Both the position numbers and the translations under genes were made by a program. From the NCBI GenBank assembly GCA_013239625.1, contig MU053881.1:6843957-6907956 (forward strand): 64,000 nt of DNA. Reading direction: 5' to 3'. The stretch comes from Lama guanicoe. Its lineage: Eukaryota. Shown piece by piece: positions 1 through 13,946 of this stretch; the stretch's first letter is position 1, and each line of letters starts with the position of its first letter. The notes beneath the pieces are model-generated. The model did no database searches, was not told the origin of the DNA, and worked only from the letters and a program-made list of their open reading frames with translations.

Positions 1-714
1 GGACCCGGGCTCAAGGAGCGGAGCGTTTCTCTCCTGCACTGGGACGGGGAGGTCACCAGGACCCAGACATCTTGAAAGCAACCTTCTGTCCAGGTGCCCT
101 CATGCTCTCCCCAACTCTGATCACCTGCCTCGTCTCCGCATTGGCTGCGAGCGGATCCTGGGAGACAAGCGAATGTTCCAGCAAAGCAACCACAGTCCTT
201 ATTGTCAGGGAAGAAGACGACGCTCGCTGATTCCTCAGGAGAGAGCGATTTCCAGCTGTTTATTCTTTATTCAATAACTTTTATTGAGTTTCTCTCTTAT
301 TACAAATGTCGTACATGTTCATTGTAGGGAAATTTGAAACTACAGACCAGCAAAAAGAAGAGATTAAAAATCATTAGGAATCCCACTGGGCAGACAAAAT
401 CGCTGTTTACAAAAACGCAATTTTTCTGGACTTTTCTGCTAAAGTACATAGTGTCAGTGTCTTTGTATGTTGGTGTGTATTCATAGATGTCATTTTGAAC
501 AGTTTTTTTTTTCATGTGGAGGCACCACGACTTACTTAAATAACCTCCCTTAATGGAGATGCTGGTTGTGTTCTACATTCTAAACAACACTACATCTCTG
601 TAGTTAAAGATTTGCACCTTCCCAGAAATGGAATTGCTGAGGCAAAAGGTATATTCATTTAAAAAGATGTTGTGATATATTTAGGCATTTATTTAAAAAA
701 GAGAATACAATTTA

Positions 715-952
715 AGGGTTAGGGTGTGGACTTCTTGGCCAAACCTGGTTTAGAATCCTTAGTGAAGCTGAGTAAATTACTTAACCTCTCTGGGCCTCAG
801 TGTCCTCATCTGTAAATTGGGGATGATGATGATGATGATGATAAAAGTATGGTCCTTACATGTTTGCTATGAGGATCTGGTGAGTTATTAAGCATGATGT
901 GTTTAGAATAGAGCCTAGGGGCTGCTAAGTATTCCAGGTAGCCGTTATTATT
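715..952 (+). mobile_element. MIR SINE containing a (GAT)7 expansion
   Basis: Core ttacttaacctctctgggcctcagtgtcctcatctgtaaattgggga. Confidence 0.75.
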
Positions 953-2121
953 ACCCAAAGTCTTCTTAGGCAGAAGACACTGAATGGACCCTTAAAAGCA
1001 GAAATGCAGCTTTTTGCTTAAAGACCTTCAGCACCAGCCCAGTCGTAGCATCGCGGTACAAAGTGGGGGAGGCGGCTCCGACAGGGAGGAGTGAACACAC
1101 CCCAGAGGGCCAGGACAGCTTACCTGGGAGTAATGAGTCTCTCTCCAATGCACTTCATTAATCTGATTTTTGAAGAGCTAGGGTAGAGAACCCAGACCTT
1201 CCTTGACAGTGCATGGATTTGTGATTTCTTTCATAGCTGACTAAGGGCAGGTCCATGCAGGTTTGAAGGGTGTCCAGCTTAGGCTGAGAGCAGAGTTGCC
1301 TGAGCAGCTTTGCCTCCCGGACAGAAGGACTCTCTCCCACTCCATGGCTTGGGAACCATGTCAGCTCTTGTTTTAGCCTCAAGAGCTCAGACCAGAGTTA
1401 AGAATCCTCCCCAACCTGCCCATAGTAAGGCTGGAGGACAGGAAGAGAGGATAAGTTGCTATGAGGCCAGGGGCAGACTCTGGAGGCACCCGGGGGTTTC
1501 CTGAAGGCTTGCTGTCACTTTAAAGATAAAGCCTGCATTTCTCATCCTGGCCTCCCAGACTTCCTAATCAGGCTATTTTTTTGGTGCTTGGCCCTCTTCC
1601 TCTTATTCTCCTCCTTTCCTCTCTAGCAACCTTTCACATGCCAACCCCAGTCCTGCCTAAGAGCTTTGCAATGGCTGTTCCCTCTGCCAGGAATGCTATT
1701 CCCTCTGCCTGGAATGCTCTTCCTCAAAATTGTCATGGCTGGCAACCTCATGTCATAGAGATGTCGCCTCCAAAGAGAGCTTCCCTGATCACTTCCCTCT
1801 TGTCTTTATCCATTCAACAAAATGACCCAAAGCCTACGAAGCATAAGGCACTTCTAAGCCTTGGGATAGAGAGGTGTCAATAGAAAAGGCTCCTGATGGA
1901 GCTCGCAGTCCAGTAGGGACAGGCAGACAACTAACAGACACCATCTCTGCTGAGAAATGACAGGCTGACTCAAGTGCACTGCAGCGAAGTGAGACCTGGT
2001 CATAGGTTGCTAAGCCCTGAGGCTGATTTGGGCCAAGAGATGAGAGGTTCTCTGAGAGGTGACATTAAGGCTGACACTGCTCAAAAAGACAAAACCAGCC
2101 ATGTCCCTGGGGAGGCTACAG

Positions 2122-2306
2122 CAGTAGTCCTTGACCTGGGAGGTTTTGTCCCATAGGGACCATTTGACACAACTTGGCATGGTTGCTACTGGTATCCAGT
2201 AGAGATGAGGGATACTGCTAAATGTCACACAAGGCACAGGACAGGCCCCCATGACAAAGAGTTATCCACCTCCTCAGGGTCACAGAGGGTGAGCTTGAGA
2301 ATCCTG
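2122..2306. mobile_element. MER20-like hAT-Charlie DNA transposon fossil
   Basis: CAGT...GAGAATCCTG termini and internal tgctactggtatccagtag...gatactgctaaa...gcacaggacaggcccccatgacaaagagttatcc resemble MER20. Confidence 0.75.
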
Positions 2307-4271
2307 GGCTAGAGGATTAGCGATCCAAGGATGAGGAGCATTGGAGGGGAAATAGGAGGGAGAGACAGACAACCAACAGGCGAACGCAGCTGTAGAATAA
2401 TTAACAGTAAAATTCCTCCATCCGGCCCATCCCCTCACTCAGAAAAAAAAAAAAAAATGAACCAACGTCTACAGGGTTCTCCAGCTAACAGCCATCACAT
2501 CTGCTCACAGAGAAAGAGAAAAATGTGACAGTAGACAACACATTACACTGAAATTCAGCTGAAGAGACAGCATTTCTAAAATGAAAAAATCCACAAAGAC
2601 TGAGTTCATCATTCAACATTTGTTTCACAAATATTTGCTGAGCACCTACTGTGTGTCAGACATTAGAGACCTTGCCTACACATGGGAGGAATTCCTCCTC
2701 ACTATCACCTCTCCCCTTTTTCGCTACACACAGAGGCAAGAAGCAGCCAGACTGGGAAAGCCTGGGTAGATTCAAAACATTTATTTATACTCCAAAGAAT
2801 ACCCATCGAATTTCTGGTTGAAATGCTCAAGCCAATTTTGGTAGAGAAGGGATAGCAAATAATAATTTCCTCCTTGGAAACACACAAGCACTTTTTATAT
2901 TTATACTTTTGAAACCTGGGTCCATCCAATAATTAACAGCTGCATTTAATATTTAATACAAAATGTTTGGGGAAAAGCTGTCAATGGATTATTGCAGGTC
3001 TCACAATAGAGTGAGATATATAAGGAGGGTCTGTTGAATATGACATCTATACCTCAGTCCCCCCTCCCTTGCCTGAGGCAGACATTGCTAATTGATTGCA
3101 GCACTCTTGACTGGATGTGCAGAGCTCTGGACCCAGCTTCACAGTTCTTCCCAATGCAGAGCTCCAGGCACTCAGTGCCAGCAGATCTGTTACCATGAGG
3201 ATGAAACATTTTTGTCTTCCATACTGGCTCTTTTTTGCACCAGGTCATTTGTTCTCCATCCTCAACTTATGCAACCTTGTTTTGTTTTGTTTTTTAAACC
3301 TCAGCTCAGGAGCAGTAGCAGGTACATTAGACAAGATTAGGGGGACATTCCGGATGCAGAAAGGGTGTGGTTTGCTGATTTCCCCGCAGGAGAAAGTGGT
3401 GATTGGCTCTGAGTCCGCTGATGGCTTTTGGCTCCTCCTGACTGTGAGGGCGGGTCCCACGGGGAGGCTGAGCCAAGGAGCCCAGGGGCAGAGCCAGGAG
3501 ACCACGTTTATATATTTCTATACACAATCACATCCAAAGAGCTGGACAAGGCAAGATTGGGTCGAGCCCAGGAGCTGAGGGCAGAGCAGACGTGAGGAAC
3601 GAGCTGAGCGCTAGAAGGAGATGCTGAGTGATATGTCTCTCCCCTCCCCCCGTGCCTGGCTCCTACACAGGATGGTTCTGGTGACCCAAAGCCACCAAAG
3701 TGGGGCTAGAAACTCTTCTGCAGACCATGGCCCTGCCATTTCCCCATCCCCCACCAAGCATGGACTGTCACCTCTTCGTGCTTTAAATCAATGACTCCCT
3801 TTAAAGGGGCTCAGTCCCCGGGCCCCATCTCCTTCCTTCTGTTGCTTCTTCACCATTTTCCAGGCACAAGCACAAGGCAAAATCAGTGCAAACATCGAGA
3901 AGGTTTTACTCCCCCTGGAGATTCTGAAAGTGCTCAGATCTCTGCTTGCACTCAGACCCTGAAGACAGAGAAAATGAGGTCACAGGAAGACCACTCTCAC
4001 CCTTAATTCTGGACTGAAGCTGAGAAACTGAAGCCCAGAAGTGTCCCCTCTGTCTGTTCCCCACACCACTCCCCCCTCACTCTCACTGGCGTCAAACATG
4101 GATCCCTTGCAGCTCTGCCTCCTGACCCCCGCCAGTAAGGCCCCGAGGACCCCGGGCCAGCCTCGCTCTGCTGTGACCCTGCAAGTTGGCAAGCAAGGCG
4201 CTGCCCTGGCGCGCTCCCTGGTGCTCAAGCTGACCTCACGTGTAGGCTGCACACTCACAGACTCACCCACC

Positions 4272-4680
4272 CATCATTCATTCATTCATCCATTCACTGA
4301 TTCAACAAATCTTTACTGAGCACTTACTATGTGCTGCTCTGCATCAGGGGAGAGCAGTGGGCTAAACAGACAGCGATTCCGCCCAGAGCACTTTACAGCT
4401 AGTGGGCCTGTGAGGAGGGGATGGTGGAGACAGAGAAAAGAAGTGGAATAGACAGTGTGTCCGGTGGTAACAGGCACCGGGAGGGCAATGAAGCAGGGGG
4501 CGTGGGGTGGCAGGTGTTACAGGTTGGAGGGAAACAGAGTAGGGTGGTCAGGGACGGTGTCACCGAGAAGGGGCCATTTAAGCAGACACAGGAAGGAGTG
4601 AGTTGCATTACTGGATGAGAGGAAAGCATTCCAGGCAGAGGGAACAATTGGTACACAGACTCTGAGGCCAGAGGGAAAGA
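4272..4680 (-). mobile_element. L2 LINE 3' end fragment
   Basis: (cattc)n-like tail, then caacaaatctttactgagcacttactatgtg...aaagcattccaggcagagggaaca. Confidence 0.7.
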
Positions 4681-7600
4681 GAAAAAGCAAGAAGCCGGGT
4701 GCTGGAGCCGGCCGGCCCGCTGCACCCCTAGAGGGAGCTACGTTCCGCTGTTCTCCATCCTCCAGGGCACTGCAAGAATCCCCGGAAATTGTTTTCTTCC
4801 GCACTCGTTCAGTGATTTCCTTGGAATAACTGTCCAGAAACCAGATTTCTGGATCAAAGCATTAGCACGTTTTAAATGGTGGGAGTCACTTCCTGAAGCC
4901 TCTCTGGTAACATTCGTCCTCTTTCCTTGTGTGCACCTCCCCAGCCCCAACTCCCTCACCCTTGGCACATTTTGCTTAGAGCCAGATTAGTCTTCCCCAG
5001 ACTGTTTACTTCCTGCTATTTGAATGTTCGGAGAGCTTATTGGCTCCTGCTTGCTCACAGGGGGAGCCTCAACCTTTTGGCCTCGGCATTCAAGGCTTCC
5101 TCCCTCCGCTCCCAGGACTTCTCTCACCTTTTCTCCCGCTGCTCCTCGGCACAGAGTCTACTCACCTCTACAACAGATAATGACTCAGGGCCTCCTGTGT
5201 GCCTGGCCCTGGAGAAACCGAAAAGCTGAACACTGAAGGAAGTTAATCTGGTGGGTGGGGTCACAAGTCCATTGAACTGTGGCCAGCAGTCCCTAATAGC
5301 CCACAGTCCCTCACTGCTTCCTTATCTCTGAGGCATGAGTCCTTTACCTTCATTGGACACAACTTTGTTCTTTCAATAAGCTCAAATCACCCCTGCGAGA
5401 GGCAGGCTGTCTGCTAAGAACCGAGGACCCCAGAGTAGGGAAACTGGGTCCCATCTTTGATGTCCTTCCCATTTCTCTCTCTGAATTCCTTCAGCCCTGC
5501 TGGAGTTCCATCTACACCTGGAATCTCCTTAATTCCCCCAGAGCCCAGTCAGCTCCCTGCTTTGACCTCCTGCATTACACTGTCTCTGCCTTCTGTTTGC
5601 GCTTGGCATGAGTTTATCAACACTGTCACTAATTCTTTTTTAATGTTTCTGTGTTTTATCTTTCCAGCTAGACTGAAGAAGGGACTACATCTTATTTTAG
5701 GTCTTTGCAATCCTCTCTGCGCCTAATAGATTATCTGGCACATAGTACTTGTTAATTAAATCATGGTTTGTTGAGATATGATCACATCTCACCTCTGCTC
5801 AAAACACGTGATAAAATCCAAATTCCCTCGCCTAGCACTCAACACCTTTCCTTTTGGACTCCATTAGACATCACCTCCTTCAGGAAGACTTCCAGGAGTG
5901 CTTATCTCAGGTAAAATAGGCATCATAATCACATTTGCCTCCTGGCAGGGGTTGAGGGTGATGTTGCGAGAAGTGAGCAAATGTTGCTGACAGCTCCAGA
6001 ACTGTGGCCCGCGGAGAGCACGGGCGATCAGTCTCGTCCTCTCACTGGCCGCACGTGGGTCTGTACGCTCCCCGAGGGCTGCCCAGAGCTGGCTCTGCTC
6101 CCCCCTGGATCCCCAGTGTCAGGGTCTGGGACAGAGAGATGCCTCATTAACATTTGTTGGGTGGGTGACCATGTACATTTATACAGTCATCTATCCTCCC
6201 TGGACAACACTAAAAGCCCGTGGATAAGGCACCGGTAAAAAAAACGAGGTCTAACTCAGGAGTTGAGCATGCCTCTGTCTGGGGCCTCAGCTCATCACCT
6301 GCCGATCATCTTCGCACAGCTGTGCTGAGCCAACCTCAATATCCTGCCAACAGATTCCCTCAGATCCATGTAGACTCCACTGAGTTCTTCCTTTTTACCC
6401 TCATTCGAATAATGTATATTTTCCCATTGCAATTGAATTTTCTCCCTTCCTCCCAAACCAGAGCACTTTGCCCACAGAGATATGGGCCACTGTTTGCATT
6501 TATAGCATCCTTATTAATCCCGTCCTGACCTCTGAGACAGCCTGGGGAAACCATGTCAGTTCCCTTTCCACAGGGCGATTAAAATGCCTTTCATTTAATT
6601 GGTCCACAACAGAAGATGAGCTAAAAAATAAAAAAAGCCAGCTTTCCTTTTCCACCTCACGGTGTAGGAAGAACATGCAGGTGTGCCTGTGTCGTGGGGG
6701 ACCTGCACGCGGCAGGCTGACGAGGCAGGATGGTTGTCAGGCGCTCACTGGCCCATCTGATGGTGTTTTTGGTTTCTAATGGTTACAATGGAGCTTAGAA
6801 CAAAAAATGTAAGGTTGGATAATACGGTGGATTCAAAGTTGGCCATCAGCAAAACTGTCCTTTAAAAATGCTGCTCAGGTACTATAGCTAATCTTTCAGA
6901 TACTTACTACATGTCTTTGAACATTTCCTATGCTGTACACTCTGGTCCAAGTGCTTTCTGGGTACCCACCCCCTGAACCCTCAAAACAACACATTTGAGA
7001 AATATATTTTTTTCCATTTTTCAAGAAGATATTAAGGCACATTGAGGGAACGCAACTCAGCCAATAACCCAGCTCCTAGCAGCAGACAGCCACTGGTGCA
7101 TGTGGATTTTTTCTGGAACTGATGGAAGAACTGATGTTCTTGGGGGTGGAAGCCCAGGGACCACTGCTTGGTGACAGGAGCACAGAGTGCCGCCCCCCCT
7201 GCTCTCTCGGGCAGGAGTCCTTGCTCAGGGCAAAACCCACCCAACCCTGCACAGTGGCCCTGGTGGCTCAGGTGGGATCTGAGCTCACACTGGCTCTGGA
7301 GTGTGTGTGCATAACTCCCGCCCAACCCTGCTTCTGCCGAGCTAACTCACAAGGCTCTTTCATCCCTGAGTCCCTGGAGCTGAAAGCAGAGTGCAGGGTT
7401 GGGGGTGGATGGGTAGGGTGGAGACTGGCTCAGTCTTGTAGGTTTGCCAAGAGCCATGGAGCAGGAAAGTCCAAGAACACAATGAGAACCCAGGTCTAAG
7501 TCTCTTTGGGGTCTCAAAACCGTGAAGGCAGGTCCTTGGAGAGTCTCCATACAGATGTGTGTAAGAACTCGCTCCCTGCCAAGGGGCCCCTGAATGATGC

Positions 7601-8709
7601 CATCCACTTGGAGATTTCAGCTCCTGGAGATGACATGGTGGAAAAGGACTGGCATGGTCTTGAGCATCACATGGACCAATTTCTGCCCCGCTTCTCACCA
7701 CCTCATTGACATAGGCTGCGTCTGTAATGATGCTGAGTATAAAGATGAACAGAGTCATCACTGCTGCCTGCCTGCAACAGTCTCTCCCTCCTACCGCTTC
7801 GGCTGGGAGGGCAGCTCACACCTCAAAACCGACCTGCCTCATCCGCCACCCCTCACCCCCAGGCCCGCAGGCCCTCACCTGTGCGCCCAGCGCCGTGTGT
7901 GCTGTAACAGGCCAGGCTCACCCGCCTTCCGGAGCCCAGCTGCTCCGGGAGTGAAATGTTTCAGAACAGCCGGTGTCTCCCTCTATCGCCTTCCTTTTCA
8001 TTTAAAATTCTCACACAGAAACCTGCAGGCTGAATGAAGCGTCACTCTGTCTCTCTTTTTCTTTTTTTTCAACACATTCTTTCTGACAAGGGCTGAGACA
8101 ACTGCCGTGAAATCATTCGTCAGGAAGCCAAGGGGCACTGAAAACACAATTTTTCCTTCACCCCAATAAGAACTACCAAACCAAATCAAAATGAAGCATT
8201 TGGAATTTTGTCATGTTTTCCCCTTGACTGGTCCACGTTGCAGGTCCCGGGGTTGCCACTAGGGACAAATGTGGTTCTGACAGGGCCTTTTTCTGCTGTC
8301 GAAATAATTCTGCTCACTCTCCCTCTCTCCTGTTGTGCTCCGTGTGACAAAAGAGCCCATTCAGTCAGCGTTGGGCAAGAGCAGATTACAGATGAGGATC
8401 TGCTGAGCCCTGCAGGCGCCCTGAGCAGAGCCACTCATCTCCCCCTCGTGGCAGCCTGTTCAGTGGTGGCCCCACCTGCCGGTGATGCTTCTATAAGCAG
8501 CTGTCTGCCCGCCAGTAATTCTAATCTCCTTCCATCATCCAGTGACCACCTTCCATCTAACAATTCCCTCCTCCAGTTAATACCGTCCAGCACTGACCAC
8601 TGGGGGCTGATGTCAAGATGACAGTAACAACACAGTGACAGCAGCAGCCAGCATTCGAGTTCTTCTCTCTTGAGTGGTTCCAAGGGCTCTGCCCGTACCA
8701 TCTCCCCTG

Positions 8710-9248
8710 ATGTGTTTTAGTGAGGTGGGAAGCCCCATAAAAAGACCGGCGGGACCCCCAGACAGGGCCACTACTCTCCTGCCAGCACCATCCGGTTCCC
8801 TGACCCAGAGGCTCTGTCTCACTTTTTGCCTCCAAAGCGGCTTACTTACCCCTAAAATTCTATTGGTTCCCTGAGCTCACTCCTGATTGGTTATTTCCTT
8901 CACTCCTGATTGGTCCATTTGTAGTACTTCATTTGCATGGAGCTCACACCTGATTGGTTATTTCTTTCCCTCCTGATTGGTCCATTTCTGCAAAGCTTGT
9001 TCCTAACTAGTCAACTTTTGTTGTACCTTATTTGCATATGATTACAAAGTGTAAACTGACAGCCTATAAAAGCCTGTGTAAACCTACGGCAAGGGTCCAG
9101 GGGTTGGAGCGTTAACTTCTCTGGGCCTGCTGGTGTAATAAACCTGAGTTCTCAAACTCTCGGAAGGCTGCTTGGTTTCTCGCCCGGAACCAGGTTGCTG
9201 TCACAACTGAGCTGTAACAGCGAGCTGTTAACACATTTTTCTGCAACA
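8710..9248 (+). mobile_element. Solo ERV LTR with intact U3-R-U5 motifs (ends approximate), interrupting a MIR
   Basis: Five ATTGG (8862, 8886, 8909, 8953, 8976), two ATTTGCAT octamers (8931, 9030), TATAAAA 9065, AATAAA 9137, CA-type ends near 9232/9248. Internal ~50-bp duplication with 67-bp period. MIR-like sequence resumes at ~9250-9340. Confidence 0.75.
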
Positions 9249-11415
9249 CTAGGAGCTAGGAAATGTTATTCCTGGTGTTTACAGTTGGGAAAACGGAGGC
9301 TCAGCGTGGTTAAGGAACTTGGCTTAAGTCACACAGCTGAACAAGTTGTGATTCAACAAAGCCCTCGCTTTTGAAGGGCTACCCTCCAACCCCAACCAGC
9401 GAAGGTCACCCTGTCGAGGATGAGACAGTATTCTGAGCAGCAGTGTAATTTACATAATTAAATCCACTCTCCCTGAGCAGGAATCTGGTACATGTTCTCA
9501 GTGGGCCCTCTTCCTCTGAGTGATTTCCATGGCGTTTGGGTAAAGCTTACCAATAGAAGGCAAGTTCCTATCTCTCAGATCTTATAGTTCAAGGAAAAGA
9601 AAAAGGCTTTAAAAGCCTAATATTCTTTGACTCAGATCCTGGCTTTCCAGAATTTGTCGGGAGAATCAGAGTAGTGAGCAAAGACTAAAGTTCAAAGATT
9701 GTAATTGGAGAATATCTAATAACAACAAAACCTTGAAAAAAAAGCTTAAATATTCATAATAGGGAAAAAACACTTTATTGTATATCAGTATGATGAACAG
9801 TTACAGACATGCAACATCATTTTGTAAAATAATATTACATAAATGGGAAAGTATTTCTATTTAAAGCAAGAATATATTTGAAGTTATGCAGTGTATTCCT
9901 AAATTTATTTTTAGACAGCGTTTGCATCTATCTTTAGAATAGAATCCACCAATATTTTGGTTGTGATTTCTTTAGGATGCTGGACCTAGATTGCTGCTGC
10001 TTTTCAACTTTCTGTATTTATCGGATTCTCTACAACTTGCCTTTATTAGTTTGTAAATGAAAAACCTCACACACGCAGAAAACTGTCAGGCTATATGGTC
10101 CCAAAGGGCACTTGAGAGCTGACATTCTATGACTCAGCAAAGGGGTGGGAATAATCTGCTTATAGCTCTGATGCCCACACTGTGCAGGGAGGAGGAAGGT
10201 GGTGGGCTATGGAATGTCGTTCAGTCCTCGCACCCCATCCACACAGGTGTCACTGAGAGCAGCTGATGCAGATTGAAGGCTTGAATCTTGCCAGAAAAAA
10301 AGAGAGTCTAGACTTGCTGTTCACCGCTAACCACACACAGTAGACAAGCCATGAATGTGTGCACTGAATGGCTGGGGGAAGGAGTGAACTGTAAACCAGC
10401 AGGGACAGGGGCTCGCTATATGCTGGGCATGTGCAAAGTTGGGCCAGGCACTGGGCAAATTGCTTTTATGGGTTTTCTTCTTTTAAATATTTAAACAAAG
10501 GAAATTTGGGGCAAATAAATTTTTTTGCTTCCAGAAAGCATGCAAAGAACTGTAATTTAAGCAAAACAAATTAAAACTGAGACTAAAACTTTTTCACCTA
10601 GCCAACAGACAGCTATTTCTAAATTTAATAATGTCAAGTATTGGTGGAGACTTGTGGAATCAGCCACTCTTACGTACTGTGTGTACACACATTTATCAAT
10701 TGGTATGAATGTTCTGGGAAAAGATATACCGTAACTATTGAAATCTTAAAAATGTAGAAACCCTTTGCTCTAGAATTTTTGTTTGGACTCTGATCTTTTA
10801 TTAGAAAAACAGTCAACAATGGACAAAAATTATATTCAGAGAATACTGAATGCAGCTGTCATCAGTGGGAGGCTACAAATGAGCAGCATATACTCTGATA
10901 CATGAGTGTCTGGCTCAGAGACCCCCGCAACCTGCGCAGCTTGCAGAACCCCACAGAGATTTCTAGGACATGCAGGAAGTCCCCCATGTACTCAAGCACT
11001 CTGCTCCAACCTGCTTGTTGGTTCTCTTGCCAAAAGCCACCTAAAGGAGATGGACTCATATCCTGTGTCCTCCTAGACCCACTCCCACTCTTCTCCAGAT
11101 TGTTCTGTGCCCTGGAGGCTGACCATACGACTGCATCCTCTCTACGAACCATATTCAGCCAATGAGGGTCTAAAGATCCCTGGAGAGTGAGGTCAGTTCT
11201 TCATTCCCCAGCTGTCCCCGAGGGTCTCAGGCTGGTGGCACCCCCTCTCAGGGAGACTCTATTTCTAATGCTGGCCCAGCCCCGTCCCTCATCGCCTAGC
11301 CCAGCGTGGCCAGCCCCCAGGGTACTACATTATACCCCGTGCTTCCTTACGCTGCCTGCGCCTTTGCAATAGATCCTAAAACCTCCTCAGGCATCCCAAC
11401 TTGTGTGCCCTCTGA

Positions 11416-11591
11416 AGTGATGTGCAGGAAAACTGGCTCTCCAAAAAGCAAAAGCCCTGGTTTGCAGTGTTTGTAGATTTCTGTGATATAAGTACTCTCA
11501 CCGTGGCTGATGACCGGTTCCCAGCGGTTTAACAACAGGCTGGCAAAGGCTGTCATGAAGCTGGAATGAGCCGGCCCCAGCACGCCACTGG
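11416..11591. mobile_element. MER63-like hAT element
   Basis: Degenerate terminal inverted repeats agtgatgtgcagg / ccagcacgccactgg; internal sequence resembles MER63A. Confidence 0.6.
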
Positions 11592-11774
11592 GCGTGCCTT
11601 TCCTGGGAATCCTGACCGGTGCAGGAGTGTCAGGACACTGCCTCCATGGCAGCTTCCTTCAGTGATGATGCAGTTGTGCCCAGGGCCACAGCGTCACTCT
11701 GAGATGTCCGTTCTCATGACCCCAGAGTCTGAGTCCCACAAACTATGGCGTGAAAATGAACTCCATCAGCTTAC

Positions 11775-11845
11775 ATCTCTCTCTTCTCTCTTCTCTCTCT
11801 CTCTCTCCTCGCTTCTCGCTTCTCTCTCTCTCTCCTCTCTGTCTC
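11775..11845. repeat. (CT)n-rich polypyrimidine tract
   Basis: ctctctcttctctcttctctctctctctctcc... read directly. Confidence 0.85.
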
Positions 11846-12199
11846 CTGCCCAAAGTCTCAAATCAGGCTTGAGTTCTGGTTCCTAAACCATGTACTTATA
11901 GACCCAGTCTCCTTTGTACCTGTCAGTTCAGGGAAAATGACATTGGATGCAAGTGAGGGTGAGGGTCGAGGTGGAACAGGTCTGCTGACCAGCAGAGGGT
12001 GACTCTGAGCTCCACAAAACACAAGCAGACAAGCACTATTCCTTAACAGCCAACAAACAGCTTCGGTTAAACGTATTATGGTTTACCTATATAATGGGAT
12101 ACTGTAAAACCTTTCAAAAAAGTCTTATGGTGTGGGAAAATGATTAAAAGATTGTGTTGCATTAAGAAACAAGAGACTTTTTTTTCTGGTCAAATGCTA

Positions 12200-12506
12200 A
12201 TGTATAGAAGACTCTTGAGGACGTTATGCTCGATGAAATAAGCCAGCCACAAAAGGACAGTTACTGTATGATGGTATTTATATGAGGTATCAAAAGCAGC
12301 CCGACTCATAGAAACAGAAAGTAGAGTGGTGGTTGCCAGGGGCTGGCGGGGAGCCAGAGCCAGGAGTTGCTGAACGGGTACAGCATTTCAGTTTTGCAAG
12401 ATGAAGAAGTTCTAGAAATCTGTCACATAACGATGGGAATATAGCTAACTCTACCGACCTGTACATTAAAAATGATTAAAATGATTAAAAAAATCTTTTA
12501 AAAAGT
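12200..12506 (+). mobile_element. L1 (L1MA/L1MB-type) 3' end fragment
   Basis: ttatgct..atgaaataagccagccacaaaaggaca...gtggtggttgccaggggctgg...tttcagttttgcaagatgaa...aaaatgattaaaatg is a typical L1M 3' UTR; flanked by an AAGAGAC(T)8-9CT direct repeat. Confidence 0.8.
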
Positions 12507-13946
12507 AAGAGACTTTTTTTTTCTTTCAAGCCAAAACAACAGCAAATCCCCAAGATTTTCTGTTTATTTTTTTGGGTGCTGGAGACGTGACACTGGGTAG
12601 GAACGGTTCTTGCCCTGGGTCTCAGGGTGCTTACACTCCCCTGGGGAGGCCTGTTCACGGAGAATGCACATGAATAAATGTGAAGTTGCAGAGAGAGGAC
12701 GGACTCTGAGCATGTTAAATCAGAGCACTGGCCTGGCCCAGGAGGCGAGGGGAGTAGCTAAGGGCACAGGAGGGGAGGTGAGGCCCCCAGCACTGAGTCC
12801 TGCAAGAAGCACAGAGCTCACTAGCAGGTGGGGGCAGTGGGGGCAGTGGGGGCATGCCCTCTGGAGGCAGAGAGCCTGCATCCTTTTATGAGTGTCTGGA
12901 AGGACGCACGCCCCCTCCCTCCACCAGCAATTCCTTCCTAGTGGTATGTCAGGCTTATCATTACGCTTTATCTTCTTCCTGTACTTCTCTGGTTTCCAAC
13001 TTGGGTGATGATTTTGCAGTTAGGGAAAGGCGTAAAAAACCCCACCTTACTGCACAGATGGAAGGCAGGGCTCTTTATTTATGCTCCTTTTTGTTTTAAA
13101 GAGGATTTCAAGCTGCTTACAATGATGTGAACAATACAGCAGGCTAAATACCTTGTCGCTAAGTAAGAAAAATGAGGCGAGGAGAAAACACGGCTAGAAG
13201 AGTGAGAGGAGAAAGGAGCGAGGTAGCCCTTCACTCACAGAGAGCGGGGCAGGGATCCTCTTGTCGCTTAATTTGAATATTGGCATTTTAATTGTCCTGC
13301 TGTCGTGCTTTGTCTTCTCAAATATATTGAAAATTTTTCCTTTGTGATTTCTTCCGTTCCTTATTACTCTCTCTCTTTTAAAATATATCATTTTATTTTT
13401 TCCATTGTGAGTTTTTGTACTGTTAAAAATCCATCCTCGCTCCCCCACAGGGAAGGGGCCACATCTGACCCACCTCAGCCCAGTGACGGATTCAGAGACT
13501 CTGCACAGCAGGTCCTCAAACGTCTGTGAGCAAATAGCTTAGCCGGGCCAAGGGCCACTGACTGCCACCTCCGGCAGCACTCAGCCAGTGGCACACCCTC
13601 ACCGGGCTCAGGACACGGTTGTCAATTTGATTTATGGGACTTATTATCCCAAGTGGCGGCAGAGAATAGATATTGATTCAAAAGGGTTTAAATAAGTAAG
13701 TGGTTGCACAGTCCAGAAAGGGCTATAGACTGAGGAGAGCAGCTTTGTAAAGCAGCTGAAGCGGACGCCATAAAGAAATGCTGGTCCTCTTGATGGCAGC
13801 ACCTGGGGGAGGCACAGAGGGACCGGGATGGGCTGTGATGCCAGCAAGCGCAGGTGCACACTGGCTCCATCAGAGCACATGCCAGGGGAGTGACTTTAGG
13901 CAAATAACACAAATAAGAAGGCCTCTTGTGAGGACTGCCCAGAGGA

